In this document: one piece after another, positions 20,874 to 29,171 of the stretch
Position numbering within the stretch: the stretch's first letter is position 1
Layout: each line of letters starts with the position of its first letter
DNA from: an uncultured Candidatus Saccharibacteria bacterium
GTDB taxonomy: Bacteria; Patescibacteriota; Minisyncoccia; Phycocordibacterales; UBA918
Direction of reading: 5' to 3'
Assembly (NCBI GenBank): GCA_964611205.1
Contig: CAZSZB010000004.1
Coordinates: 12,121 to 76,120, forward strand
Length of the DNA: 64,000 bases
The notes under the pieces: generated by a model
Seen by the model: the letters and a program-made list of their open reading frames with translations, nothing else
Database searches by the model: none
Told to the model about the DNA's origin: nothing
Program-made: the position numbers and the translations under genes

Positions 20874-20902
20874 TTGCGACAATTTGATAAATACCGTATA
20901 GT
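20874..20902 (+). promoter_or_regulatory. Putative fusA promoter
   Basis: TTGCGA-17 nt-TATAGT. Confidence 0.5.
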
Positions 20903-21053
20903 ATGCGCGTTTAGCCCACAATTAGGGCAATTTTCTATTTTGCATTTTATTTTTTGTGCACAGTAGGGAGGTTTAAAAGAACATTATTGATTTATACGTA
21001 TATTATTAAGTAAGTATAGGTGAATATAATTAAATAATTAATTAACAATTACT

Positions 21054-23228
21054 ATGGCACGAGCATTTCCACTGGATAGACTACGTAACTTCGGTATCGT
21101 TGCACACGTTGATGCCGGGAAAACAACAACATCAGAACGCATTCTTTTTTATACAGGAATGAGTCACAAAATGGGTGAGACCCACGACGGTACATCAATT
21201 ACTGACTGGATGGACCAAGAACGTGAGCGCGGTATTACTATTACTGCCGCTGCTATTTCTTGTAACTGGGCGAAAACTTTAGAGACTGATCGCACTAATA
21301 AAGACAAGATGTACAGTTTCAACATCATCGACACTCCTGGACACATCGACTTTACTGCCGAGGTAAAACGATCGATGCGCGTGCTCGACGGAGCAGTGGT
21401 TGTATTCGATGGGGCAGCAGGAGTAGAGCCACAGACTGAAACTAACTGGGGTTATGCCGACGAAGCTAGTGTGCCACGAATTTGTTTCGTCAATAAAATG
21501 GATAAATTAGGAGCTGATTTTGATGCTTCTGTAAAATCTATTGAAAATCGTCTTTCTAAAAAAGCTTGTCGTATTCAAATCCCAATGGGCTCAGAAAACA
21601 ATATGCGAGGTGTGATAGATCTGATCACTATGAAGGCCTATACTTTTGGCGGGGAAATGGGAATGGAAGTTAGCGAACAAGAAATTCCTGAAGAATTCAA
21701 AGCTGAGGCAGAAAAACGTCGCGCTGAACTTATCGAACGTGTAGTTGAACATGATGATGCTCTGATGGAAGCCTTTCTAGAAGGGAAGGAACCTTCTTTA
21801 GAGGATTTAAAGAAGACTCTTCGTAAAGCTGTTTTAGCTAACGAGATTTTCCCAGTGATGACTGGTACTGCTCTACAAAATGTTGGAGTGCAACTAATTC
21901 TTGATGCCGTGGTTGACTACCTCCCGTCGCCACTAGACCTGCCTGATACTGTAGGACATGATCCAAAAGACGAAGAAATTACATTAACTCGCAAGGCTTC
22001 TGACGAAGAACCAATGTCTGCTCTAGTTTTCAAACTCCAAGATGACAAGTTTGTTGGTCAATTAGCTTTCTTCCGAGTTTATTCTGGTGTTATTAAAAGT
22101 GGTACATATATCCTTAACGCTTCAACAGGTAACAAAGAGCGAGTAGGACGAATTGTCCGCTTGATGGCTGATAAACGGGAAGAGGTAGAAGAAGTGTATG
22201 CTGGAGAAATTGCTGCTGCCGTAGGTATTAAAGAAGTAAAAACATCACATACACTATGTGATGTCGATAAACCAATTCTACTAGAAACCATCACTTTCCC
22301 AGCTCCGGTGGTAGCAGTTCGGGTAGAACCAAAGACAAAGAACGACCAAGAAAAAATGGGTGTGGCTTTGAAGCGATTGGCTGATGAAGATCCGACATTT
22401 GTGGTCTCGACTGATGATGAAACATTAGAGACTATTATTGCTGGTATGGGTGAGTTACACCTAGACATTCTGATCGACCGTATGAAACGAGAATTTGGTG
22501 TTGAAGCAAATATTGGTCAACCACAGGTTGCTTACCGAGAAACTATTCAACGAGAAGCTGAAGCTGAACACAAATATATCAAACAATCTGGTGGTCGTGG
22601 ACAATATGGTCATGTTAAGATCCGTATTAAACCACTCGAACCCCTAGCTGAAGGGGAGACCGTAGCTAAGAATGTGACTCGCGAAGATCATTTCGAGTTT
22701 GTCAACAGTATTAAAGGCGGTACTATTCCACAAGAATATATTCCAGCAGTGATGAAGGGTTGTAGAGAGGCCATGGCTCGTGGTCAGGTAGCTGGTTATA
22801 AGATGGAAGATGTTTCCGTTGAATTGTTTGACGGTTCTTACCATGATGTGGACTCAAGCGAAATTGCCTTTAAATTGGCTGGTATTAACGCTTTCAAGGA
22901 AGCAGCTAAGAGAGCTAATGCGGTTATTCTTGAGCCGATAATGAAGGTTGAAGTGCGAACTCCAGAAGAATATATGGGAGATATTAACGGAAATATTTCT
23001 TCTAAGCGCGGACAAGTAGAGGCTTCAGAAGAATTGGGTGGAAAAACTATTGTTCACGCCAAGGTGCCTTTGTCTGAAATGTTTGGTTACACAAATACTT
23101 TGCGTTCTATGACACAGGGCCGAGCTTCAATGACAATGGAATTTGATCATTATGAAGTAGTGCCTCCAAACGTAGCCGAGGAGATTAAAAAAGCTCGAGG
23201 AGTTAAATCAGATGTTGAGACAGCTTAA
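21054..23228 (+). CDS. fusA: Elongation factor G
   Basis: AHVDAGKTT, ERGITI, DTPGH, NKMD, GMGELHL, QSGGRGQYGHV, YHDVDSSE. Confidence 0.98.
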   Translation: MARAFPLDRLRNFGIVAHVDAGKTTTSERILFYTGMSHKMGETHDGTSITDWMDQERERGITITAAAISCNWAKTLETDRTNKDKMYSFNIIDTPGHIDFTAEVKRSMRVLDGAVVVFDGAAGVEPQTETNWGYADEASVPRICFVNKMDKLGADFDASVKSIENRLSKKACRIQIPMGSENNMRGVIDLITMKAYTFGGEMGMEVSEQEIPEEFKAEAEKRRAELIERVVEHDDALMEAFLEGKEPSLEDLKKTLRKAVLANEIFPVMTGTALQNVGVQLILDAVVDYLPSPLDLPDTVGHDPKDEEITLTRKASDEEPMSALVFKLQDDKFVGQLAFFRVYSGVIKSGTYILNASTGNKERVGRIVRLMADKREEVEEVYAGEIAAAVGIKEVKTSHTLCDVDKPILLETITFPAPVVAVRVEPKTKNDQEKMGVALKRLADEDPTFVVSTDDETLETIIAGMGELHLDILIDRMKREFGVEANIGQPQVAYRETIQREAEAEHKYIKQSGGRGQYGHVKIRIKPLEPLAEGETVAKNVTREDHFEFVNSIKGGTIPQEYIPAVMKGCREAMARGQVAGYKMEDVSVELFDGSYHDVDSSEIAFKLAGINAFKEAAKRANAVILEPIMKVEVRTPEEYMGDINGNISSKRGQVEASEELGGKTIVHAKVPLSEMFGYTNTLRSMTQGRASMTMEFDHYEVVPPNVAEEIKKARGVKSDVETA

Positions 23229-23255
23229 CTACACAAGATACGATTAAGTCTGCAT

Positions 23256-23295
23256 AAACAAAAGACCAGTCGCTATTGCGACTGGTCTTTTGTTT
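23256..23295 (+). terminator. Terminator after fusA
   Basis: aaacaaaagaccagtcgc-tatt-gcgactggtcttttgttt. Confidence 0.75.
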
Positions 23296-23365
23296 ATATT
23301 CAGTAATACACAGTCTAGGTTCTGCCTAAGTATATTTAGATCAAACACAGGTTACAATATAAGTA

Positions 23366-24367
23366 ATGTCTTCATCAACTCGGGTGTTCCTGTTTACTGT
23401 CGTAGCTTTGTTTATCTCAGCCATTGCACTTTTGTCTGTTGCTATAGCGAGTGCAGATGTTGGTCCCTTTGATCAGCCTGTGGAAATGTCTGGCTATGCT
23501 TGGAGTAGTAATGTCGGCTGGATATCCCTAAACTGCTCTAATGATAGTTCTTGTGCTACATCAGACTACAAAGTAAGAATAAACACCGATTATACAGTCA
23601 CCGGCTATGCTTGGAGCAGTAACGTTGGTTGGATTAAATTTGGTGGTCTTTCTGGTATGCCGGCTAGTGGCGGACAAGCCCAGATAAACAATGACCGAGA
23701 TCAAATGACTGGTTGGATAAGAGCTTGCTCAGCTACCGACGCTGGTGATTGTACTGGAGGATTAGACCCTGATGGTGGTGGTTGGGATGGTTGGATTTCT
23801 TTAAATTGTTCTAATAACAGCGGTTGTGCCACTTCCAATTACGCTACTACTGTAGGAGTAGGTAGTTTTGGTAATTACGCCTGGGGCGGTGATGTTATTG
23901 GTTGGGTAAGCTTTGCTACAGCTGATTTCACTCAACCATGTACCCCCGCTCTGGCTTGTAATGCTGAAAATAATGGCTATGCTATTAACAATCAATGGTG
24001 TGAATCAGAGGCGCCAGTTAGCTGTGCGGGTAATGAATATTGTTATGACACTGTAGGTTGTAAGTTAGTAGATATTAACTATCAATTTTCTGTCAATCAA
24101 TTATTAGTTAAAAAAGAAGGGAAAGTTACTTTAGATTGGTCAGTTGATGGAGCTGATGTATCACAATGTAAGGTGACTGGTAACAACAATGATTCCTGGA
24201 TTGGTCTAACTGATGAGAGCGTATCTGGTGGAGTAGCAATTGTGTCTAGTCCTTTAACTAGACAGGTAACAGCCTTTACTCTTAGTTGTGTTCCAGCCGG
24301 TGGTGGTAGTTTCTATGATTTGAAAACTATTGAAGTTAACCTAGTACCAACGATAATCGAAAGCTAA
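23366..24367 (+). CDS. Secreted Cys-rich protein with GYAWS-x-NVGWI repeats and C-terminal Ig-like domain
   Basis: Signal peptide; repeats GYAWSSNVGWIS, GYAWSSNVGWIK, GGWDGWIS, NYAWGGDVIGWVS. Confidence 0.75.
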   Translation: MSSSTRVFLFTVVALFISAIALLSVAIASADVGPFDQPVEMSGYAWSSNVGWISLNCSNDSSCATSDYKVRINTDYTVTGYAWSSNVGWIKFGGLSGMPASGGQAQINNDRDQMTGWIRACSATDAGDCTGGLDPDGGGWDGWISLNCSNNSGCATSNYATTVGVGSFGNYAWGGDVIGWVSFATADFTQPCTPALACNAENNGYAINNQWCESEAPVSCAGNEYCYDTVGCKLVDINYQFSVNQLLVKKEGKVTLDWSVDGADVSQCKVTGNNNDSWIGLTDESVSGGVAIVSSPLTRQVTAFTLSCVPAGGGSFYDLKTIEVNLVPTIIES

Positions 24368-24368
24368 C

Positions 24369-24677
24369 ATGCAAATAATTCGTAATTTTTTCACAAAGTA
24401 CCAAATATCTATCCTTATTTTATCTAATATATTGATATTGATTACTATTTGTTTGGTTTTATATGGTTGGTATTATCTCTATACTTCAAACCTGACGAGC
24501 CATAAGTTTTTTGGAATAGATGACGATTCAGAATCAAGTGAGATTGAAGAAAAGACATCTCAAAAAATAACTCTTGAAGATAAAAAAGCTTTATTGGAAA
24601 AACTAGAAGGCAATCCCGATAATGTGTCAATTGAAGATAAACGAAAATTATTATCGACTCTCCAGTCGTCTGAGTAA
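24369..24677 (+). CDS. Small single-TM hypothetical protein
   Basis: Hydrophobic N-terminus, duplicated (T/S)(L/I)EDK motif; starts 1 nt after the upstream stop. Confidence 0.6.
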   Translation: MQIIRNFFTKYQISILILSNILILITICLVLYGWYYLYTSNLTSHKFFGIDDDSESSEIEEKTSQKITLEDKKALLEKLEGNPDNVSIEDKRKLLSTLQSSE

Positions 24678-24702
24678 GTTCTATTTTAAATAAAATATAA
24701 CC

Positions 24703-24897
24703 ATGAAAACCCTCACCACCAGCCTCATAAAAATCTCCATCATCCTCACCATCGTCACGGTCGCTTTCGCCGTCAACTACATCCAAGCTGCTTGGTCCGC
24801 TCCACAGAACAACCCACCAGATGGCAACACCCCAGCTCCCATTAACACCGGCAGCGAAGCCCAGGTGAAAGAAGGAGCTTTATCAGTTGATGGATTA
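24703..24897 (+). repeat. 195-nt constant-region repeat, copy 1 (most diverged)
   Basis: Aligns without gaps to 25474-25668, 26154-26348, 28149-28343 and 28903-29097. Confidence 0.95.
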
Positions 24898-25398
24898 GTA
24901 TCCCACTCTAACAACAACATCTTTGTGGGTGCCGGGGAACAAGAATTTTATGTCAAACCCGGGTTTAAGGGTGAGGTACAGACTAGTGGATATACTACGA
25001 TAGGTACTTCTTCAGGTACTGTGTATACACCTAATGACTTTGAGGTAGGAGGTCAAGTACGAGCTAGTCAGTATTGTGATGAGAATGGGGCTAATTGTTT
25101 AAGTGGTGGGGGGTCATCAGGCGAAAATGGAGTGTTGGGAGGCGGTTGGCCAGTTTTTTTTGTGTGTGAAACACGGAGCGATTTTAAAAGTTTATTCATT
25201 TTATTAAAAATGAACCCATCGACCGTAGTATACGGGACTTTCAATGTGTCCCAAGCAGACAGAACTTCTACTTGGCATTCGTACGTTTATTTTAACAAAT
25301 TAGACAGAAACCCTACAGGATCTGGAGATTATGCCCCGCCGTCATGTGCAAAAAACATGGATACCTTGATCAGTGAAGGAAAGGCCATTTTCAATTAA
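24703..25398 (+). CDS. Constant-N/variable-C surface protein, copy 1
   Basis: Shared 65-codon N-terminus, GGQVRASQYCDENGANC linker, unique head starting GGGWPVFFVC. Confidence 0.85.
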   Translation: MKTLTTSLIKISIILTIVTVAFAVNYIQAAWSAPQNNPPDGNTPAPINTGSEAQVKEGALSVDGLVSHSNNNIFVGAGEQEFYVKPGFKGEVQTSGYTTIGTSSGTVYTPNDFEVGGQVRASQYCDENGANCLSGGGSSGENGVLGGGWPVFFVCETRSDFKSLFILLKMNPSTVVYGTFNVSQADRTSTWHSYVYFNKLDRNPTGSGDYAPPSCAKNMDTLISEGKAIFN

Positions 25399-25473
25399 TA
25401 TTTTATTTTTAGCTAAACAGAAATCTTAAGCAAAAATCACAATATAACAGTTCATTTTAATTTGATAACAACC

Positions 25474-25742
25474 ATGAAAACCCTCCCCCACACCATCATA
25501 AAAATCTCCATCATCCTCACCATTGTCACGGTTGCTTTCGCCGTCAACTATCTCTACGCTGCTTGGTCCGCCCCACAGAACAACCCACCAGATGGCAACA
25601 CCCCAGCTCCCATCAACGCTGGTACTGAAGCCCAAGTGAAAGAAGGAGCTTTGTCGGTGGATGGGTTAACTTCGTATGCCAATAACAACATTTTTGTTGG
25701 TGCAGGAGGTCAACAATTCTCTATCAAGCCAGGGTTTAAGGG
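25474..25742 (+). repeat. Constant-region repeat copy 2, extended to 269 nt shared with copy 5
   Basis: Near-identical to 28903-29171, ending at ...AAGCCAGGGTTTAAGGG. Confidence 0.95.
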
Positions 25743-26142
25743 CAATACACAAACTAGTGACTATACAACAATTGGTGACGCCTCTAGTACAGTCTATATT
25801 TTAGGCAGTTTAGAAGTAGAAAATAGCAACGGTACAGGCAGTGATTATTTGTGGCGCTATGAGAATTTTGATGAAGATATTTACCCTTCTTTTTTTCCAG
25901 GTATTTGTGCTTATGGGTTGAATTGGAAATGTCCCGGCTGGGACAAAGTAATGTGGAAACAACCTCCAGCTAGTAGAGATACTTGTAATCAAAATATTAA
26001 CGGACCATACACATGCGCTGTAAATGAGAGTAAGACATGTAACGATGTAATTAAGGCGTGTGATCATTCGGGCGAACCTTGTGGTTATTCTGAAAGTATA
26101 GTGACTTGTAAAAAGTTAAAAACTCCCTACGTGATAGAATAA
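25474..26142 (+). CDS. Constant-N/variable-C surface protein, copy 2 (8-Cys head)
   Basis: ATG at 25474 aligns with the other copies; C-terminal head has eight Cys. Confidence 0.85.
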   Translation: MKTLPHTIIKISIILTIVTVAFAVNYLYAAWSAPQNNPPDGNTPAPINAGTEAQVKEGALSVDGLTSYANNNIFVGAGGQQFSIKPGFKGNTQTSDYTTIGDASSTVYILGSLEVENSNGTGSDYLWRYENFDEDIYPSFFPGICAYGLNWKCPGWDKVMWKQPPASRDTCNQNINGPYTCAVNESKTCNDVIKACDHSGEPCGYSESIVTCKKLKTPYVIE

Positions 26143-26150
26143 TAAATATA

Positions 26151-26747
26151 ATGATAAAAACCCTCCCCCACACCATCATAAAAATTTCCATCATTCTCGG
26201 CATCGTCACGGTAGCTTTCGCCGTCAACTACATCCAAGCTGCTTGGTCCGCCCCACAGAACAACCCACCAGATGGCAACACCCCAGCTCCCATCAACGCT
26301 GGTACTGAAGCTCAAGTGAAAGAGGGAGCTTTGTCGGTGGATGGGTTGGCTGTTTTCGGAAATATGATTATTTCTGGAAGTACAATTATTGGCAGCACTA
26401 CCTTGCCGTCAAGCGACATTACCTTGGGTGTGGATGGTTCAATAGGAGCCACGTCGTATTTATATACTTCAGATAAGAACTTAAAAACAAACATTAAAAC
26501 AGTAGCTGGTCTTGATACAGTTAAACAGCTGCGCGGAGTATCCTTTAACTGGAAAAAAAATGGTAAGAAATCTGTAGGTCTTATTGCTCAGGAAGTAGAA
26601 GAAGTGTTTCCAGAATTGGTCACCACTACAGACAGTGGACTCAAATATGTTGAGTACGGAAATTTAATTGCGCCACTTATTGAAGCTATTAAGGAACAAC
26701 AAATTCAAATTAATCAGTTACAGGCAGAACTGGATACTTTGAAATAG
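26151..26747 (+). CDS. Constant-N protein, copy 3, ending in a Peptidase S74 intramolecular chaperone domain
   Basis: TSDKNLKTNI...LRGVSFNWK...GLIAQEVEEVFPELV...VEYGNLIAPLIEAIKEQQ coiled coil. Confidence 0.88.
   Translation: MIKTLPHTIIKISIILGIVTVAFAVNYIQAAWSAPQNNPPDGNTPAPINAGTEAQVKEGALSVDGLAVFGNMIISGSTIIGSTTLPSSDITLGVDGSIGATSYLYTSDKNLKTNIKTVAGLDTVKQLRGVSFNWKKNGKKSVGLIAQEVEEVFPELVTTTDSGLKYVEYGNLIAPLIEAIKEQQIQINQLQAELDTLK
26154..26348 (+). repeat. Constant-region repeat copy 3
   Basis: Same 195-nt block; diverges right after GATGGGTT. Confidence 0.95.
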
Positions 26748-26750
26748 AAT

Positions 26751-28109
26751 ATGGTGAATAAAATTTTTATAAAAAAATTTATAGTTCCTATCGCTATCTT
26801 TGTTTTAATTTTACCCATTGGCGTATGGGCTTTGGGAATAGTAGAAGAGGGTTTCTTAGTCAATAATTCAGAAGTAGCAATAGATGCCCACGGTACGTGT
26901 AAAAAAGTAAAAGCTAATGATGGCCGAGAATACTTTGTTCCGACCAAAGGTATAGATGAATGGAGTTCCTTCTTAGAAAATACACCAGTTGGGATGACTC
27001 TTTCAGAATGTATTGATTTTTCTGATCAAGTTGAGTTCATTACTAGTTTTAGCTGTCCCAATCCCTATCATTATATGAGATGTGGTTTGGTGGGTGTTAC
27101 TGATTCTATTACTAGTGATGGTGGATATATATATGCTTTTGAAGATGGGTATAACGGATCATATTCTTCACAAAAATTGCACATATACAAATATAATAAA
27201 GATACAAAATCTGTTTCACTTGTGGAGACAATAAAAAATCTTGGTAATTATCCTAAATGGATAGAGAGTTTTGCTATAAACTCCGATGGTAGTCGAATTT
27301 TACTTACTAGAAGACAAGATGTCGCCGGAGGAACATCTTCATTTTATATTTATGCATTTGATGGTGTGAATGCTAATTTACTTTACACAGGTTCTTATAA
27401 GGGAGGATTTAGCCACAACGTTTCTGCTATAAATGAGGATGGTACCGTGGTGGCTTTTCAAGGAAGAATTTATGAAAAAAACGGATCTACCTATGATGAG
27501 GTGTTTGATAATGGATTTCATGGAGCATTAGCATCCAATGACCCACAACAAAGTCACATAGGTGCAAATCTATATCTTGGTGATGATAGTTTTTATCTCT
27601 TTAAAAGAGAGGGGAGGGGAGACATTGTACAAAAACAGTCTGATGGGTCATGGCAAGTTATACAGTCAATTTTACCAAGTGTAAATAACAAATGGCAGGC
27701 TAGTTTTGCTGCTGTTTCTAACGATTATTCACTTATGGCTATTAACTCAAAAAAGGATTCTTCTTCTAATTATAAATCTGATATTTATAAAAAGAATGAG
27801 TCTGGCCCTGGCTACACCAAGTTGGGCACTATCGACTTGGGAGACCTGCAAAGACATACGGTTGAATTTTCAGCTGCCGGAAGATATTTTATTTCAGCTG
27901 GAAAGACCTGGAACATAGACCCTATGTTAGAAGGTGGTTCGCCGATTGTAGTTAAATCAACGGCAAACTGGATGGATTCTTATAGTACTTCTCAGTTTGG
28001 TTATGCTCATGAGAATAGTCTAGGAGATATTGTGGTAGCAAGGCCAGATATAAATGGTGGAGCTAAATTTTCTGGAAAATTTTATATATACAAGCGACTT
28101 CCCAATTAG
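26751..28109 (+). CDS. Secreted protein: small N-terminal Cys domain plus probable beta-propeller
   Basis: Signal peptide; IDAHGTCKKV...YFVPTK...EWSSF; blade-like repeats (AINSDGSRI, AINEDGTVV, AVSNDYSLM, FSAAGRYF). Confidence 0.7.
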   Translation: MVNKIFIKKFIVPIAIFVLILPIGVWALGIVEEGFLVNNSEVAIDAHGTCKKVKANDGREYFVPTKGIDEWSSFLENTPVGMTLSECIDFSDQVEFITSFSCPNPYHYMRCGLVGVTDSITSDGGYIYAFEDGYNGSYSSQKLHIYKYNKDTKSVSLVETIKNLGNYPKWIESFAINSDGSRILLTRRQDVAGGTSSFYIYAFDGVNANLLYTGSYKGGFSHNVSAINEDGTVVAFQGRIYEKNGSTYDEVFDNGFHGALASNDPQQSHIGANLYLGDDSFYLFKREGRGDIVQKQSDGSWQVIQSILPSVNNKWQASFAAVSNDYSLMAINSKKDSSSNYKSDIYKKNESGPGYTKLGTIDLGDLQRHTVEFSAAGRYFISAGKTWNIDPMLEGGSPIVVKSTANWMDSYSTSQFGYAHENSLGDIVVARPDINGGAKFSGKFYIYKRLPN

Positions 28110-28148
28110 GGTATTAGTAATGTTATTATAGAACATATAAATAAAATA

Positions 28149-28343
28149 ATGAAAACCCTCCCCCACACCATCATAAAAATCTCCATCATCCTCGGCATCG
28201 TCACGGTCGCTTTCGCCGTCAACTACATCCAAGCTGCCTGGTCTGCCCCACAGAACAACCCACCAGATGGCAACACCCCAGCTCCCATCAACGCTGGTAC
28301 TGAAGCCTAAGTGAAAGAAGGAGCTTTGTCGGTGGATGGGTTA
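28149..28343 (+). repeat. Constant-region repeat copy 4
   Basis: By eye, differs from copy 5 only at the C>T nonsense site. Confidence 0.95.
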
Positions 28344-28841
28344 ACTTCGTATGCCAACACTAATATATTCATTGGTGCTAATAATCAAAGTCTCGAAATT
28401 AAACCTGGCTCAAAAGGCTCTGTTAGTGCCGCCGGCTACACTACTCTTGATGTGGTTGGTGCCAACGGCACTCTCTACACTCCTAAAGACTTAGAAGTAG
28501 GAGGTCAGGTACGAGCTGGTCAGTATTGTGATGAGAATGGGGAGAATTGTTTGACTGGCGGGGGGCCATCAGGCGGAACTCCAATCACTTATTCTGTAAC
28601 TGTGAGGTATCCACAGGATAAGAGTGGTAGCAGTGCAACAAAGTTGATCACTTCAAATGCTGGTTTTTTCATGTGTGCCTTGACCACACACCAAACTATA
28701 TATTATGAGACTTTTGGTTCAGATAACTTGGATGAGTATTGCAAAATCACCTATAATGGAAGTTCTGATGATTGGACATTGACTGGTAGAATCGTTGATA
28801 CAGTGCAGGCTCGGATAACATGCACTATGACCTGTCGTTAA
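28149..28841 (+). pseudogene. Constant-N/variable-C protein copy 4, interrupted by nonsense codon
   Basis: Codon 54 is TAA (28308-10) where the other copies have CAA/CAG; the frame continues open to 28841. Confidence 0.85.
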
Positions 28842-28902
28842 TAAATTAATTATGTACCACTGTACATGATAAAATAAAATTACAGTCTAATCTAAAGTGA
28901 TA

Positions 28903-29171
28903 ATGAAAACCCTCCCCCACACCATCATAAAAATCTCCATCATCCTCGGCATCGTCACGGTCGCTTTCGCCGTCAACTACATCCAAGCTGCCTGGTCTGC
29001 CCCACAGAACAACCCACCAGATGGCAACACCCCAGCTCCCATCAACGCTGGTACTGAAGCCCAAGTGAAAGAAGGAGCTTTGTCGGTGGATGGGTTAACT
29101 TCGTATGCCAATAACAACATTTTTGTTGGTGCAGGAGGTCAACAATTCTCTATCAAGCCAGGGTTTAAGGG
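28903..29171 (+). repeat. Constant-region repeat copy 5 (269 nt shared with copy 2)
   Basis: Direct alignment by eye. Confidence 0.95.

Noticed and set aside
24445-29064. Recurrent minus-strand ORFs (MDVVDGESDRDD..., MGFSTSVDGSWG...)
   Set aside because: Antisense shadows of the C-rich constant block; they recur only because the block recurs
24703-29097. CRISPR array or prophage tail module
   Set aside because: Repeats are 195-269 nt and protein-coding with no cas genes; the S74 domain sits on a signal-bearing protein with no other phage genes
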